Positions 32,468 to 42,547 of a stretch of DNA of 64,000 bases are shown here, piece after piece; the first letter of the stretch is position 1; every line of letters begins with the position of its first letter. The position numbers and the translations under genes were made by a program. The notes beneath the pieces were generated by a model. That model ran no database searches, was not told where the DNA came from, and saw only the letters and a program-made list of their open reading frames with translations. This stretch comes from Candidatus Hadarchaeota archaeon (GTDB lineage Archaea > Hadarchaeota > Hadarchaeia > Hadarchaeales > JAGGTB01). The stretch covers positions 288,001-352,000 of the forward strand of contig CAYLJV010000001.1 in NCBI GenBank assembly GCA_964384105.1, in the 5' to 3' direction.

Positions 32468-32566
32468 TTTTTATGGGGATCTTTAACCAGATTGCAAAAA
32501 ATCTTGTTTCTAACTAATTTTTCAAATCAGCTTTAATTAACTAGTAGCGAGATATTGGTAGTTTGA

Positions 32567-33157
32567 ATGATGTCAAATGCTTTTATATCTAGCAGTTTGG
32601 GATTTTCTCATCCCATAGTCCTAAACGGCTTGTCATTGAATTTTCAGGGAATAATAGAGGTTTTCCCTTTCATTTTTCTGGCGTTAGGAATTCTTTATAG
32701 TTTCTTTGGAAAAGAAATCTTCGATATCCTTAATTTTACTATTGGTGGTGCTATCTCTGCTGGATTCGTGTATTTTAATGGCCTTGCTATTGGCCCGGGT
32801 ATGTATTTTCTTCTGATTCTAACTTTCCTAATTTCTGGAGCAGTAGCCTATTTTGCCCCCTACTTACTTGTGTCAGTCATTGGGTTTGTTTTTGGTGCTG
32901 GGCTTTTGTTTTCTTATTCTGGGTTCTTAGCAGTTATCTTTGGTATAATAATCGCTGCCGCTGCTATTTTTCTTCTAAGGTTTTTGCTACCTGTGGTAAC
33001 GGCGCTAGTTGGAGGTCTTTTGGGTGGAATTGCAGCTTTTGTTCTGTTTGGTTTCCCAGAAGCGTTCTTTATAACTACTTTCTGCTTATCCATTGGTGGA
33101 ACGATATTTCAGTTACTAAGAGCTGATTCTACCTTCAAACCGAGTTCGGAAAAGTAA
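32567..33157 (+). CDS. Gly-rich membrane protein (DUF4203/TM7S3-like)
   Basis: About 6 TM segments, FFG...F..., TALVGG, C-terminal G...Q. Confidence 0.6.
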   Translation: MMSNAFISSSLGFSHPIVLNGLSLNFQGIIEVFPFIFLALGILYSFFGKEIFDILNFTIGGAISAGFVYFNGLAIGPGMYFLLILTFLISGAVAYFAPYLLVSVIGFVFGAGLLFSYSGFLAVIFGIIIAAAAIFLLRFLLPVVTALVGGLLGGIAAFVLFGFPEAFFITTFCLSIGGTIFQLLRADSTFKPSSEK

Positions 33158-33200
33158 TTTTTAATGCAATATTAGTAGAAATAAAAAACCATATTTAACA

Positions 33201-34019
33201 TCATTTAGTGTTCTTGAAGTTCGTTTTCTTGCTATCTGCAACATAGTGTTCCAGAGTTCCTACGCCTTCGATTTCAATTTCGACTGTGTCACCATCTTTT
33301 AGAGGTCCTACTCCCGAAGGGGTACCCATGGCAATTACGTCGTCAGGTTCTAGTGTCATAAACTTAGTTATTTCTTCTATAACTTCTTCTACTGAGAATA
33401 TTAGTTCATCACCAGAGGAATTTTGTTTCAATTTTCCGTTAAGTCTAAGCTTTACGGTTGGATTTTTGGGAACAAGGTCTGGTGTGGCAACAACTGGTCC
33501 CATGGGGGCTGCGTTATCAAATGACTTTCCTCTTACCCAGTTCCTTTCAGCACTTTGATCGTCACGATTTGAGATATCGTTTATACAGGTAAAACCTTTT
33601 ATTACTTCCATTGCTTTTTCTTTTTTGACATTTTTGCATTGTTTACCTATTACAACACCAATTTCGGCTTCATAGTCGATTCTCCCAATACCCGTTTCGA
33701 TTTCTCCCATGTTTTCGAGGTCTTTTTTTCCTATTCCGGGAGTGGGCAGAAATATCGTGTCCTTATGTCCTGCTATGGTATTAGGTGTCTTGAGGAAAAG
33801 CTGGGGTCTGGTAGGCAAGTCATCTGGAAAATTATGGCCACTTTCTTTGAAATGCTCTAGATAGTTTATTCCAACACAAATTATCTTTGTGGGTTTTGCT
33901 GGTGGTAGAATATCAACCTCGGTGGGAGAGTACTTATTTTCAAAAAATTTGATATAATTATTCTCCCATATTCCCGTCCTTTCATAACCCGTAGGATCCT
34001 TGAATTTTACGTATCTCAT
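33201..34019 (-). CDS. Fumarylacetoacetate hydrolase family protein
   Basis: KIICVGINY..H, DYEAE, ND.S.RD, GKSFD, GTP.GVG. Confidence 0.9.
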   Translation of the reverse strand: MRYVKFKDPTGYERTGIWENNYIKFFENKYSPTEVDILPPAKPTKIICVGINYLEHFKESGHNFPDDLPTRPQLFLKTPNTIAGHKDTIFLPTPGIGKKDLENMGEIETGIGRIDYEAEIGVVIGKQCKNVKKEKAMEVIKGFTCINDISNRDDQSAERNWVRGKSFDNAAPMGPVVATPDLVPKNPTVKLRLNGKLKQNSSGDELIFSVEEVIEEITKFMTLEPDDVIAMGTPSGVGPLKDGDTVEIEIEGVGTLEHYVADSKKTNFKNTK

Positions 34020-34091
34020 GCTGGTATCTTTTAAGTGTTCTCGATTTTATTTCTTTTGAAGAGGGTTTAGCTCACTTTTGAGAAATTATTT

Positions 34092-34379
34092 TTGGTAGAA
34101 AAGCTTACTGAGTACTGGAATCTGTTGGAAACAGGAATGAATTATATGGATTGGCAGATAGTGGGATTGATAATACAAATAGTTGCTCTTGCTGCAGCTC
34201 TTTTGTGGATTACCCGTGATGCTAGGAAGAAAAATATTAGTGGGAAAATATATTTTTTCTGGGTTTTGATTCCAGTCCCCGCTCTATTTTTGTTGGGGAT
34301 AATCGGAATTTTGATTACGGTAGTGGCTTACTATTTTTGGACCGAATATTTTTGGAAAGAAGGTTCTAACAAAGATTAA
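34092..34379 (+). CDS. Small hypothetical membrane protein
   Basis: Hydrophobic ORF with a W...DA.K motif; start uncertain. Confidence 0.5.
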   Translation: MVEKLTEYWNLLETGMNYMDWQIVGLIIQIVALAAALLWITRDARKKNISGKIYFFWVLIPVPALFLLGIIGILITVVAYYFWTEYFWKEGSNKD

Positions 34380-34443
34380 ATTGAACCAGATCTTTTGTTA
34401 ATGAGTTATAAAGGCTGATAAATATATTGAATTAAGTGCCAAT

Positions 34444-34836
34444 ATGAAAGTTCTTTTTATAGATGATGAACCAGCTCTTTTGGAACAAGCAAAGATTTTT
34501 TTGGAAAGATGCGATAGCAGATTAGACGTTAAGACTGTTTCTTCTGCGGAACAAGGTCTAGAGTTGTTGGAAAAAGAGAAATACGATGCCATAGTTTCTG
34601 ATTATCTATTGAATGAGATGGATGGGGTGGAGCTTTTGAAAAAATTGAGGGGAGAAGGTAATGATATCGTGTTCATAATTTATACTGGTAAGGGTCGTCA
34701 GGAAGTTGAGAAGGAGTCCCTTAGTTTAGGAGCTGATCTCTATCTACAAAAAGGAGGGAATCCGAGAGAGCATTACGAGAATCTTGCTCAGACTATCATA
34801 AGTCAAGTTGAAAATAAGAGGGCCGCTGGAAGTTGA
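34444..34836 (+). CDS. Stand-alone response regulator receiver domain
   Basis: VLFIDDE, VSDY (phospho-Asp), MDG.ELL, YTG.G, GAD.Y..K. Confidence 0.88.
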   Translation: MKVLFIDDEPALLEQAKIFLERCDSRLDVKTVSSAEQGLELLEKEKYDAIVSDYLLNEMDGVELLKKLRGEGNDIVFIIYTGKGRQEVEKESLSLGADLYLQKGGNPREHYENLAQTIISQVENKRAAGS

Positions 34837-34970
34837 AGACGGTAAATTATATGATTTTGTAGTTTTGAAAATCATACAGAAATTTTTTAATGTGATAACC
34901 GGAACGAATTCAAATAAAATTAGGTCGTATTGTTTCTATAAGGATCAGCTATAGTGGATGGTGGATTTAC

Positions 34971-35468
34971 TTGGATAGAAAAAGAGTTCTTGAAATACTG
35001 AAAAGCTTTTACAGAGATTTGCCTCATTTTCCAGATGGGAGAATAGACTATTCTAATTCAAATGAAGCCCCTACGGTCGTAGCTTTTCTGAAATACAAAA
35101 GCGAAGTCCTCTTGCTAAAAAGAAGCAATAAAGTTAGAACTCATGAAGGTAGATGGAGTGTAGTAGCTGGATATTTAGATGAGCTAAAACCTGTTTCGGA
35201 GAAGGTCATAGAGGAGATAAAGGAGGAAACAGGTATTGGTAAAGATAAGATTTTATCTGTGAAGCAAGGAGAAGTCAGGAAATTTTATGATGATGAGAAA
35301 ACGTGGATTTCTCATCCTTTTTTAATCGAGTTGAAAGAGAAGCCGAAAGTAGAATTGGATTGGGAGCACACTGATTTTGAATGGGTAGAGTTAGATGATG
35401 CTAAAAGGCATCTTTCGAAACCATTTTCTGACGGTTTAGAGAGAATTTTATCTATAGTAAGTGATTAG
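34971..35468 (+). CDS. NUDIX hydrolase
   Basis: LLKRS, W..VAGYLDE...EEIKEETG Nudix box, DWEH...W. Confidence 0.85.
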   Translation: MDRKRVLEILKSFYRDLPHFPDGRIDYSNSNEAPTVVAFLKYKSEVLLLKRSNKVRTHEGRWSVVAGYLDELKPVSEKVIEEIKEETGIGKDKILSVKQGEVRKFYDDEKTWISHPFLIELKEKPKVELDWEHTDFEWVELDDAKRHLSKPFSDGLERILSIVSD

Positions 35469-35544
35469 ATCTGATAGTTTTAGTTAAGGAACTATTAAGT
35501 AAACTGAGAATATAATCAGCGTAGTAATTATGGATGGTGGATAG

Positions 35545-37443
35545 ATGGAATTAGATCTCACAGATTCGGTCGAAGAAAAAATCGATAAATTATCTAAAAG
35601 ATGGGATATTGATAAGGACGTTCTTACGAGAGAATTTACTCGAATATATAATAGGAAATCTGTTCAGGAGAGTGAATTTCTAAAAGATGACGAAGAGAAA
35701 CAGAATTATGCAGTGGAACGTCTTTTTGTCGAGTTCGGTCCCAATAGTTCTAGTTCTACCTCTAAAAGGAAGGTAAGAAAGGGTAGCTTTGACCTCAACC
35801 TCTATAGAAGTGATGGAACCAATCTTGAACCTTTGAATTATTCTACAGGAAAAAATCAAGTTGAAGTTATAGATGAAATACTAGAAGCCTTCGAAAGCTC
35901 CGATGAAGTTTTCCTTAAAGGAGTTGTTGGGTCTGGCAAATCTGTTTTGGGCATAAGGACCGCGATGGAATTTGGAGGCGGGATAGTTTCAGTGCCAACG
36001 AATGTTCTTTCACATCAGTATCACGATGATTATGAAGGGAGTAAGTACTTCCTCAAAGATGACGGAGAAAAACTCGACATAAGCGTTTTGAAAGGAAGAG
36101 ATAACTTTCTCTGTCCCTTTCTTGAAGATAAGTACCCCGGTGGCGATTACAACACTTGCCAAAATCAGTCCTTGCCTTGTACAAGACCACTCGCAGAAGA
36201 TGAGTCACGAATGGAAGCTTTGTCGGATTGTCCTTACTGGGGATTCATCTTCCCGTCTTCCAGACCTTTAAAGAAAAGGAGAGAACATGTTGGTGCTTAC
36301 AAGAGTCTTTTGGGGCGACACTCATTTCTGTTTAAGGGTGGATGCCCCTACTGGGAACAGTACAGAAGCTATCTTTCCTCTGATGTGATTGTATTGAATT
36401 CGTCAAAGTGGGAAATAGAGGCTTGGATTGGTAGACTACCTTCTATGGATATAACTATTATTGATGAGGCCGATGCTTGGCTTGATGGACTTTGCTCGAA
36501 AGTCAACGTCAGTGACAAGAAGATAAAATATCTATTAAATAAGCTCAGAGATGAGGGTTTACCAAGCAAAGCTAAGAGAATACGAGAGATTTGGAGTGAC
36601 TATAAATCTGGTTTCGCAGAGCCACTTCCTCTCGCTGAGGAACTACATGATGTTCTGAGCGGTTTAGATTTGGGTATTAATCTATATTGGCAGTTGGATC
36701 GAGTTCTGAAGTTCAAAGACGAAATTGTTTCTAAGGAAGAAGAGAAAAAAATTGTTTTCTATATTCCGGATCCAAAACCAGTGCTGTCTGAACTCCAGGA
36801 TAGAGTGGGTGGAAAGTGGTTAATGATGAGTGCTACGGTTCAGGACCCTGTAGTTTTAGAAAATGTCTATGGGATTGATCCGATATTTGTGGAAGGCGAG
36901 GTAAATTTCCCAGGGAGGTTAATTCGAAGGAAGATAGGTTCTGAAATGAAGGTAAATAATAGAAGATGGAAAATCCCTCGGTTTAGAAGAAAATACTCTG
37001 AAATAAGAGATGAAATTTTGAAGAGGGCTAAGAGGCCTGGGTTCGTACCTGTGCATGCTACTAAATATCTTCCAGATAACGTCGAGAATCTTACAGAAAA
37101 AGACCAAAGAGATGTAGATGGTCTTACCTTTTCTACTAAAATGGATAGGGGAGCAGATTTGGAGGAGATGGAAAGCGTTATAATCTTGAAATATCCGTTC
37201 CCAGGTTTGGGTGATCCACTCTTGAAAGCTACTAAGAAAAAGTTAGGAGATGCAAAATTTTGGATGTACTATCGAGATATGTCTAGGAGAGAATTCATAC
37301 AACAGGTAGGAAGAACTCTTAGATCTCCGGATGATATGGTGGAGTTTTGGAGTCCGGATGCTAAGTGCCATGAGAAGTTGAAACAGGATTGGGAGGGTAC
37401 AATAGTTGAAGGTTACGATAATAAGACAAATAGAAATTCTTGA
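35545..37443 (+). CDS. SF2 helicase, Rad3/XPD/DinG-like, with putative Fe-S domain
   Basis: Q motif, GVVGSGKS, KGRDNFLC...C...C...CPY, IIDEAD, MSAT, KYPFP, QQVGRTLR. Confidence 0.75.
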   Translation: MELDLTDSVEEKIDKLSKRWDIDKDVLTREFTRIYNRKSVQESEFLKDDEEKQNYAVERLFVEFGPNSSSSTSKRKVRKGSFDLNLYRSDGTNLEPLNYSTGKNQVEVIDEILEAFESSDEVFLKGVVGSGKSVLGIRTAMEFGGGIVSVPTNVLSHQYHDDYEGSKYFLKDDGEKLDISVLKGRDNFLCPFLEDKYPGGDYNTCQNQSLPCTRPLAEDESRMEALSDCPYWGFIFPSSRPLKKRREHVGAYKSLLGRHSFLFKGGCPYWEQYRSYLSSDVIVLNSSKWEIEAWIGRLPSMDITIIDEADAWLDGLCSKVNVSDKKIKYLLNKLRDEGLPSKAKRIREIWSDYKSGFAEPLPLAEELHDVLSGLDLGINLYWQLDRVLKFKDEIVSKEEEKKIVFYIPDPKPVLSELQDRVGGKWLMMSATVQDPVVLENVYGIDPIFVEGEVNFPGRLIRRKIGSEMKVNNRRWKIPRFRRKYSEIRDEILKRAKRPGFVPVHATKYLPDNVENLTEKDQRDVDGLTFSTKMDRGADLEEMESVIILKYPFPGLGDPLLKATKKKLGDAKFWMYYRDMSRREFIQQVGRTLRSPDDMVEFWSPDAKCHEKLKQDWEGTIVEGYDNKTNRNS

Positions 37444-37531
37444 AAATCAAAATATTTGATATCTCTAGGATCTCTTTACATTGAAAATTGAGAAATATAG
37501 GACATATTTTCGAATCTTGTAGTTTAAGAAT

Positions 37532-38347
37532 TTAAATTTCTGATAGTATTTTCCTCAGTTCTTTTATTCCTCTTTTCGCTGTTGACTCCGGTTTTTTTGG
37601 ATCCCAAAGCTCTAGGATTATGGGGCCATCATAATATTTTTTCAATGTTTCTAGAATTGGGTGAAATTTTATTTTTCCGGAACCCGGAGGAAGGTGGAGG
37701 TCCGAGTGGCCGTCGTTATCATGTAAGTGTACATTTTTTATTTGATTTTTTAGGGTTTCAATCAAATTCACTATATATTTCTCCCCATTTTCTGTAGACA
37801 AGAATACGTGGCCTACATCTAGGGTTACTCCAAGATTTTTCTTTTCCTTAGTCAGATCGATAAGGTTTTTGGCTTTAGTTGGGTAGTCTGCTTGATGAGA
37901 ACCAGTTTCTATCGCCAAGTTGATTTCTAGTTCTTCAGTATAGCTTGTCAGTCCTTCAATATAATCTTCAAACCATTCTGTACATATGCTTGATTCGGGG
38001 CTCTTTTCAAGGATCCAGCATCGTCCCGGATGTATAGTAACAGTGTCCCCATCGAGTAGAGAACAAATCCTAATACTTTGTTTGCTCTTTTCTTTTGACA
38101 ATTTACGGATTTCGGAGTACTGACTAGTTGGGTTCAAGTCCCAAAGTCTAGCGTGTACCCTCGACTTTAATCCAGCCAATTTGATTTTTTCGTTAATAGT
38201 TTCTATTCTTTTTTCATCAATATCGGCAGAAAATTGCGGTAGATCAAAAAATATTTCTATGTAATCTAGATTAGTCTCCTCGGCGATTTTGATACAATCT
38301 TCTGGTTGACTTTCGGGGGAGAGTAAAGTTGAGAGACCTATTTTCAT
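37532..38347 (-). CDS. Sugar phosphate isomerase/epimerase / AP endonuclease 2 TIM barrel
   Basis: H, IHPG, IET, LDVGH, HLHDN.G..D.HL.PG.G, LE. Confidence 0.85.
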   Translation of the reverse strand: MKIGLSTLLSPESQPEDCIKIAEETNLDYIEIFFDLPQFSADIDEKRIETINEKIKLAGLKSRVHARLWDLNPTSQYSEIRKLSKEKSKQSIRICSLLDGDTVTIHPGRCWILEKSPESSICTEWFEDYIEGLTSYTEELEINLAIETGSHQADYPTKAKNLIDLTKEKKNLGVTLDVGHVFLSTENGEKYIVNLIETLKNQIKNVHLHDNDGHSDLHLPPGSGKIKFHPILETLKKYYDGPIILELWDPKKPESTAKRGIKELRKILSEI

Positions 38348-38411
38348 TGTATTTTAGTTATTAGAAGTAGTTATTAAGTAAAATTTTCTAATCTGAAAGA
38401 AAGCGAATTTC

Positions 38412-39656
38412 TTAGAACTCGAAATTTTTGTATATCTGGTTTATTTCTTCTATCAGCTGGAATGGGTGTTTCTCTTTTTTCATTTTATCTTTCTGATGGG
38501 ATATTATCTTTGGAATTTTGCGTAAATTGTATGGGAGATTATGGCTTATGAAGTACGCTCCCAGATTTTTGAAAATTATAAGATCACCAATCTTCATATT
38601 CGGCATTTCTTTTGGTGTTTTTACCAGCCAATCTTCGGAGTGACACAAATTCCCGGCAATCTTCGATTTTACTAAGTTTTCGCTTTTAGAAATTACTTCA
38701 GGATAAGTTTCAGTTTCGTGTCTGTTTATCTTAACCATATCCTCGCTTCCGTCTACGATTATAGTCTTTTCACCATACATCTCTTTGATATTTACAGCGC
38801 TTACAACCAGCATTGTTGTCTTAGAGGCTAAAGACCTGCCAGGTTCTATAGCGAGTTCGAAATCACCTAGTTTGTTTCTCCACTTCTTCACTTCTTTGTC
38901 TATTTCTTTTCCAAATCTTTTCACTGGTTTTTCTTTATCGTGGGGATCAACCGGATATCCGCCACCAATATCCAAAATTTTCATGTTTATATTATTGGTA
39001 TTTGCAAAGTTCAGGACTTTATTTATTGCTTCGATGTAAAAGTGAGGACTCTCTATTTTCGATCCGAGGTGGAAATGAAAACCTGCAAAATCTAAATCTA
39101 ACTCCTTTATCTTTTTTAGAGCATTGTCAACTGAATCTTTGTCTTTACTAAAAAGGACTCCGAATTTGGATTCTTTCCCGGATGTACTCACTGCTGCTTT
39201 GACTTGCTCGATTGGTTGTGTTCTGAGTAGGACCTCCATATTTTTACTTTTCTCTGCTTTATCCAAAGCCTTAGAAAAATTCGATATACCATTTATTGAT
39301 CCTAAGACGAATCTTTTAACTCCTTTATTCAAGGCGTAAACGAACTCTTTTTCAGTTTCAGCTACGCTTGTATAGGTTACTCTATCTGATTTGCATTTAC
39401 TTATTTCTAGAAGCTTTAGTTCACCGGGAGAAAAAACGTCAAAGTAAGCCCCTAGATCTTGGAGTTTTTTCAAAATGGTTTGTGTGTAATTGGCTTTCAT
39501 TGCATAAGCTATTTTGGTGTTTTTCGGAAAAGAAGATTTTATCAAGTTAAATTGCTCTACTAGTCGGTCTATGTCCACTAAGTAGAGTGGTGTCCCATAT
39601 GTTTTTGACGCTCTTTTTATTATCTCGAGTTTTTCTTCAGACATTTTTTCTCCCAT
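38412..39656 (-). CDS. lysA: Fold-type III PLP decarboxylase, diaminopimelate decarboxylase-like
   Basis: YAMKAN (PLP Lys), SKFG, HFHLGS, DIGGG, EPGR, GNLC..ED, GAY. Substrate not certain. Confidence 0.65.
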   Translation of the reverse strand: MGEKMSEEKLEIIKRASKTYGTPLYLVDIDRLVEQFNLIKSSFPKNTKIAYAMKANYTQTILKKLQDLGAYFDVFSPGELKLLEISKCKSDRVTYTSVAETEKEFVYALNKGVKRFVLGSINGISNFSKALDKAEKSKNMEVLLRTQPIEQVKAAVSTSGKESKFGVLFSKDKDSVDNALKKIKELDLDFAGFHFHLGSKIESPHFYIEAINKVLNFANTNNINMKILDIGGGYPVDPHDKEKPVKRFGKEIDKEVKKWRNKLGDFELAIEPGRSLASKTTMLVVSAVNIKEMYGEKTIIVDGSEDMVKINRHETETYPEVISKSENLVKSKIAGNLCHSEDWLVKTPKEMPNMKIGDLIIFKNLGAYFISHNLPYNLRKIPKIISHQKDKMKKEKHPFQLIEEINQIYKNFEF

Positions 39657-39839
39657 TTTGTTAGAATCTCTTTTTGTATTTTGTTTTTTGATTTTATATC
39701 ATTAAGACTATAGTGTTTCACTATCGTTCTTTTTATCGTTTGATTTGGATAGTCGTCTATTGATTTCATGGATCTAGGTTTGAAAAATTTAGCAGGATAA
39801 TTAAGTTTTTGTTAAATCATTGAATAAAGGAAACTAGTT

Positions 39840-40799
39840 ATGTTTGACAAGATATTTGGCTCAAATAATAACAAAGAAAAAGTCAGAGATTTAGAAAAGA
39901 GATTAAAAGAGAAAAATGATCGTCTAAAGGATTTAGAGAAGCAAGTAGAGAAGTTAAGGCGAGATTTGAAAAAGGAGCGGGACCGAGCTAAGGAGGCTAT
40001 TACAGAGAAACAAAGAGTGGATAAGGAACTAAAGGATACCAAACAGAAAATTGAAACATTGGAAGATAGAATTTCTAGGGTAAAGGAAAAAGAGGAGAGG
40101 GAGAGGAATTTTAAGCGAGTTGTTATTTTTTCACGAGAAGATGCGCTGATATTTTTAGATGAATTGAAGAGTTTTAGAACTGAGAAAAATTTCTTGTTAA
40201 CACAGTATTTTTCCGATCCAAAAAAAGCTAAATCAGATGATATGGCTAAAGCTGTCAAGAGTATAGATTCAAAAACTGGTTATGTTGGTTTTCAAGATGA
40301 ATTAGAAATATTTAGTTTTGTTTTGGTACCACCTTTTCCGGTTGAAAACGATTTTTTTAGAAATAATTTATTTCACACTGAGAAAGTAAACCAGCTTCTT
40401 AACTCTGATTTGAAAATCCTGTTTCTTTCCTTGCATTCAGGGAAGTCTTGTGTAGGTTTCATGGTGGGACCAGAAATTAAGGATTTTAAGATCATCAGAA
40501 GTTCAGTTAAAAGTAAACATTCTAAGGGCGGGTTTAGTCAAGGGAGGTTTGAACGAGGTAGAAAAAAACAGATTCGTGAACATATAAAAAGTGTATTGGA
40601 GTATTTAGAAGATTTGAAATACGACGACTTGGATTACGTGGTTTTGGATGGTAATGAGAGAATTATTGGTGAGATAGTGGGTAATCTACCTTTTGACTGC
40701 TCTGTAATAAACAGGAATCTAGATATTAGTGAAATTAGCAAGAAAAATTCCGATGAGTTTTCTAAAGAGATTTGGAGTACCAGGGTCTATATTATGTGA
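39840..40799 (+). CDS. Vms1/ANKZF1-like (acVLRF1) release-factor-family protein with N-terminal coiled coil
   Basis: VKSKHSKGGFSQGRFER motif; PPFPV. Confidence 0.8.
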   Translation: MFDKIFGSNNNKEKVRDLEKRLKEKNDRLKDLEKQVEKLRRDLKKERDRAKEAITEKQRVDKELKDTKQKIETLEDRISRVKEKEERERNFKRVVIFSREDALIFLDELKSFRTEKNFLLTQYFSDPKKAKSDDMAKAVKSIDSKTGYVGFQDELEIFSFVLVPPFPVENDFFRNNLFHTEKVNQLLNSDLKILFLSLHSGKSCVGFMVGPEIKDFKIIRSSVKSKHSKGGFSQGRFERGRKKQIREHIKSVLEYLEDLKYDDLDYVVLDGNERIIGEIVGNLPFDCSVINRNLDISEISKKNSDEFSKEIWSTRVYIM

Positions 40800-40828
40800 A
40801 ATTTTTCTGTGAAAGAATTGAGTTACGA

Positions 40829-42340
40829 TTACTTGTTTGTGATTTTGTATATTCTTCCATATTTCGTTTTTATATACTCAAGGAAGTCATTTGATGTGAG
40901 ATTTTTCCCTGTAGCCTTCTGTATCAGTTGGTCAGTAGTGTAGCGTTGCCCGTGTTTGTGTACTTTTCCCCTTAGCCATTTTTTAAGGGGTTGAAATTCT
41001 CCGCTCCTGATTTTTCCCTGTAGGTCATCTATCTCACTCTTGGCTTTTTTGTATATTTGAGCGGACAGAACACTTCCTAAAGTGTAAGTAGGAAAGTAGC
41101 CAAATCCCCCATGTGCCCAATGTATATCTTGTAAGCAACCCTTTGAGTCACTTTCAGGGATGATGTTCAGATATTTTTCCATTTTCTTGTTCCAGTTTTT
41201 TGGAATTTCGTCTGTTTCTAAATTCTCCTCAATGAGCTCGCGTTCTATCTCGAATCTCAGTATGATATGCATGTGATATGTGAGTTCATCGGCTTCTACA
41301 CGGATTGGATTATCTTTGTAAACTTGGTTTATGGCTTCGTAAGTTTCTTGTATAGAAACATCGAGGGAAGGTACTTTTTCGTTGATTTTTGGGAGAAGCA
41401 GATGCCAAAAATCCTTAGATCTTCCTATGTGGTTTTCCCATAGACGGGATTGAGACTCATGAATGCTAAGGCCCCGTGATTCCCCCAGGGGTGTACCATA
41501 TTCTTCTTGAGGAAGTCCCAATATATAGGTCGCATGTCCAAATTCATGTATCGCACTCATTATTGCATCTAGTGGATTTTTTTGAAAACGGGTGGTAATA
41601 CGGGCATCAAACTGGTTCCCTTCGGTAAAAGGGTGCGCTGAAATGTCAAGGCGGCCTTTTTCCCATTCGAATCCTAGAAGGTTGAGGGTTTCTCTAACTA
41701 ACTCTTCTTGAATATTTTTATCCAATTCCTCTCTAAATACCGTTTTATTTATATTGGCATTTGAGCTGTAAATCTTGTCTATAAAAGGAACCAATTCTCT
41801 ACGGATATTTTTCAAAATATTTTCGGCTTTATCAAGCTCTATATATGGCTCAAAATCTTCAAAAAGTACTTCATAAGGTTTTTTGTCGGGATCTATTTTT
41901 TCAGCGTACTCTTTTTTCATTTCTATGAGTTTTTCTAGGAATGGGGAGAAAGTAGAGAAATCATTTTTTTCTTTCGCTTTTTCCCATGCGGGGATAGATT
42001 CAGAAGCTGTTTCAGAAATTTTTTCTACAAGTTCATTTGGGACTCTTTTCGCTCTTTTATACTCTCTGTTTATCTCTCTAATTACCGACTGCTTTTCTTC
42101 GGATAACTCGTCCTTTTCTATGCCTTTTAGAAGTCTTCCAGTCTCTTCCGCTGTGAAAAGTTCGTGATGTAGTGAAGATAAAGTTGATATTTGCATTGCG
42201 CGGGCGGGAGTGCCTTTTTCAGGCATCATTACTTCTTGGTCCCACCTGAGAACACCTATGGAATGACCAATATTCGAAATCTTTTTTATTCTTTTCAAAA
42301 GGTTCCGATAGTTTCCCTCTGAGTTACAGGAATTTGTCAT
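40829..42340 (-). CDS. M32 carboxypeptidase
   Basis: WDQE, HPF, D.RITT, HEFGH, HESQS, IRVEADE, QDIHW, GYFPTY. Confidence 0.94.
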   Translation of the reverse strand: MTNSCNSEGNYRNLLKRIKKISNIGHSIGVLRWDQEVMMPEKGTPARAMQISTLSSLHHELFTAEETGRLLKGIEKDELSEEKQSVIREINREYKRAKRVPNELVEKISETASESIPAWEKAKEKNDFSTFSPFLEKLIEMKKEYAEKIDPDKKPYEVLFEDFEPYIELDKAENILKNIRRELVPFIDKIYSSNANINKTVFREELDKNIQEELVRETLNLLGFEWEKGRLDISAHPFTEGNQFDARITTRFQKNPLDAIMSAIHEFGHATYILGLPQEEYGTPLGESRGLSIHESQSRLWENHIGRSKDFWHLLLPKINEKVPSLDVSIQETYEAINQVYKDNPIRVEADELTYHMHIILRFEIERELIEENLETDEIPKNWNKKMEKYLNIIPESDSKGCLQDIHWAHGGFGYFPTYTLGSVLSAQIYKKAKSEIDDLQGKIRSGEFQPLKKWLRGKVHKHGQRYTTDQLIQKATGKNLTSNDFLEYIKTKYGRIYKITNK

Positions 42341-42547
42341 ATAGGTGTATCTCTTCGTTTATGATATTAGAATATTTTTTTGAGAAAACTTTATTTAGTG
42401 ATAATATCACTCATACCATTCTAAGGATTGCTAGACGTGGAGAATGAGTTTATAACTGTGTTTGAGATTAATAAATCTCGGAGAGTTACGTGACTAGAAG
42501 AATAGGAGCTTATAAAAAGACCAATTCTAGCTTTATGGTGAATTGTA

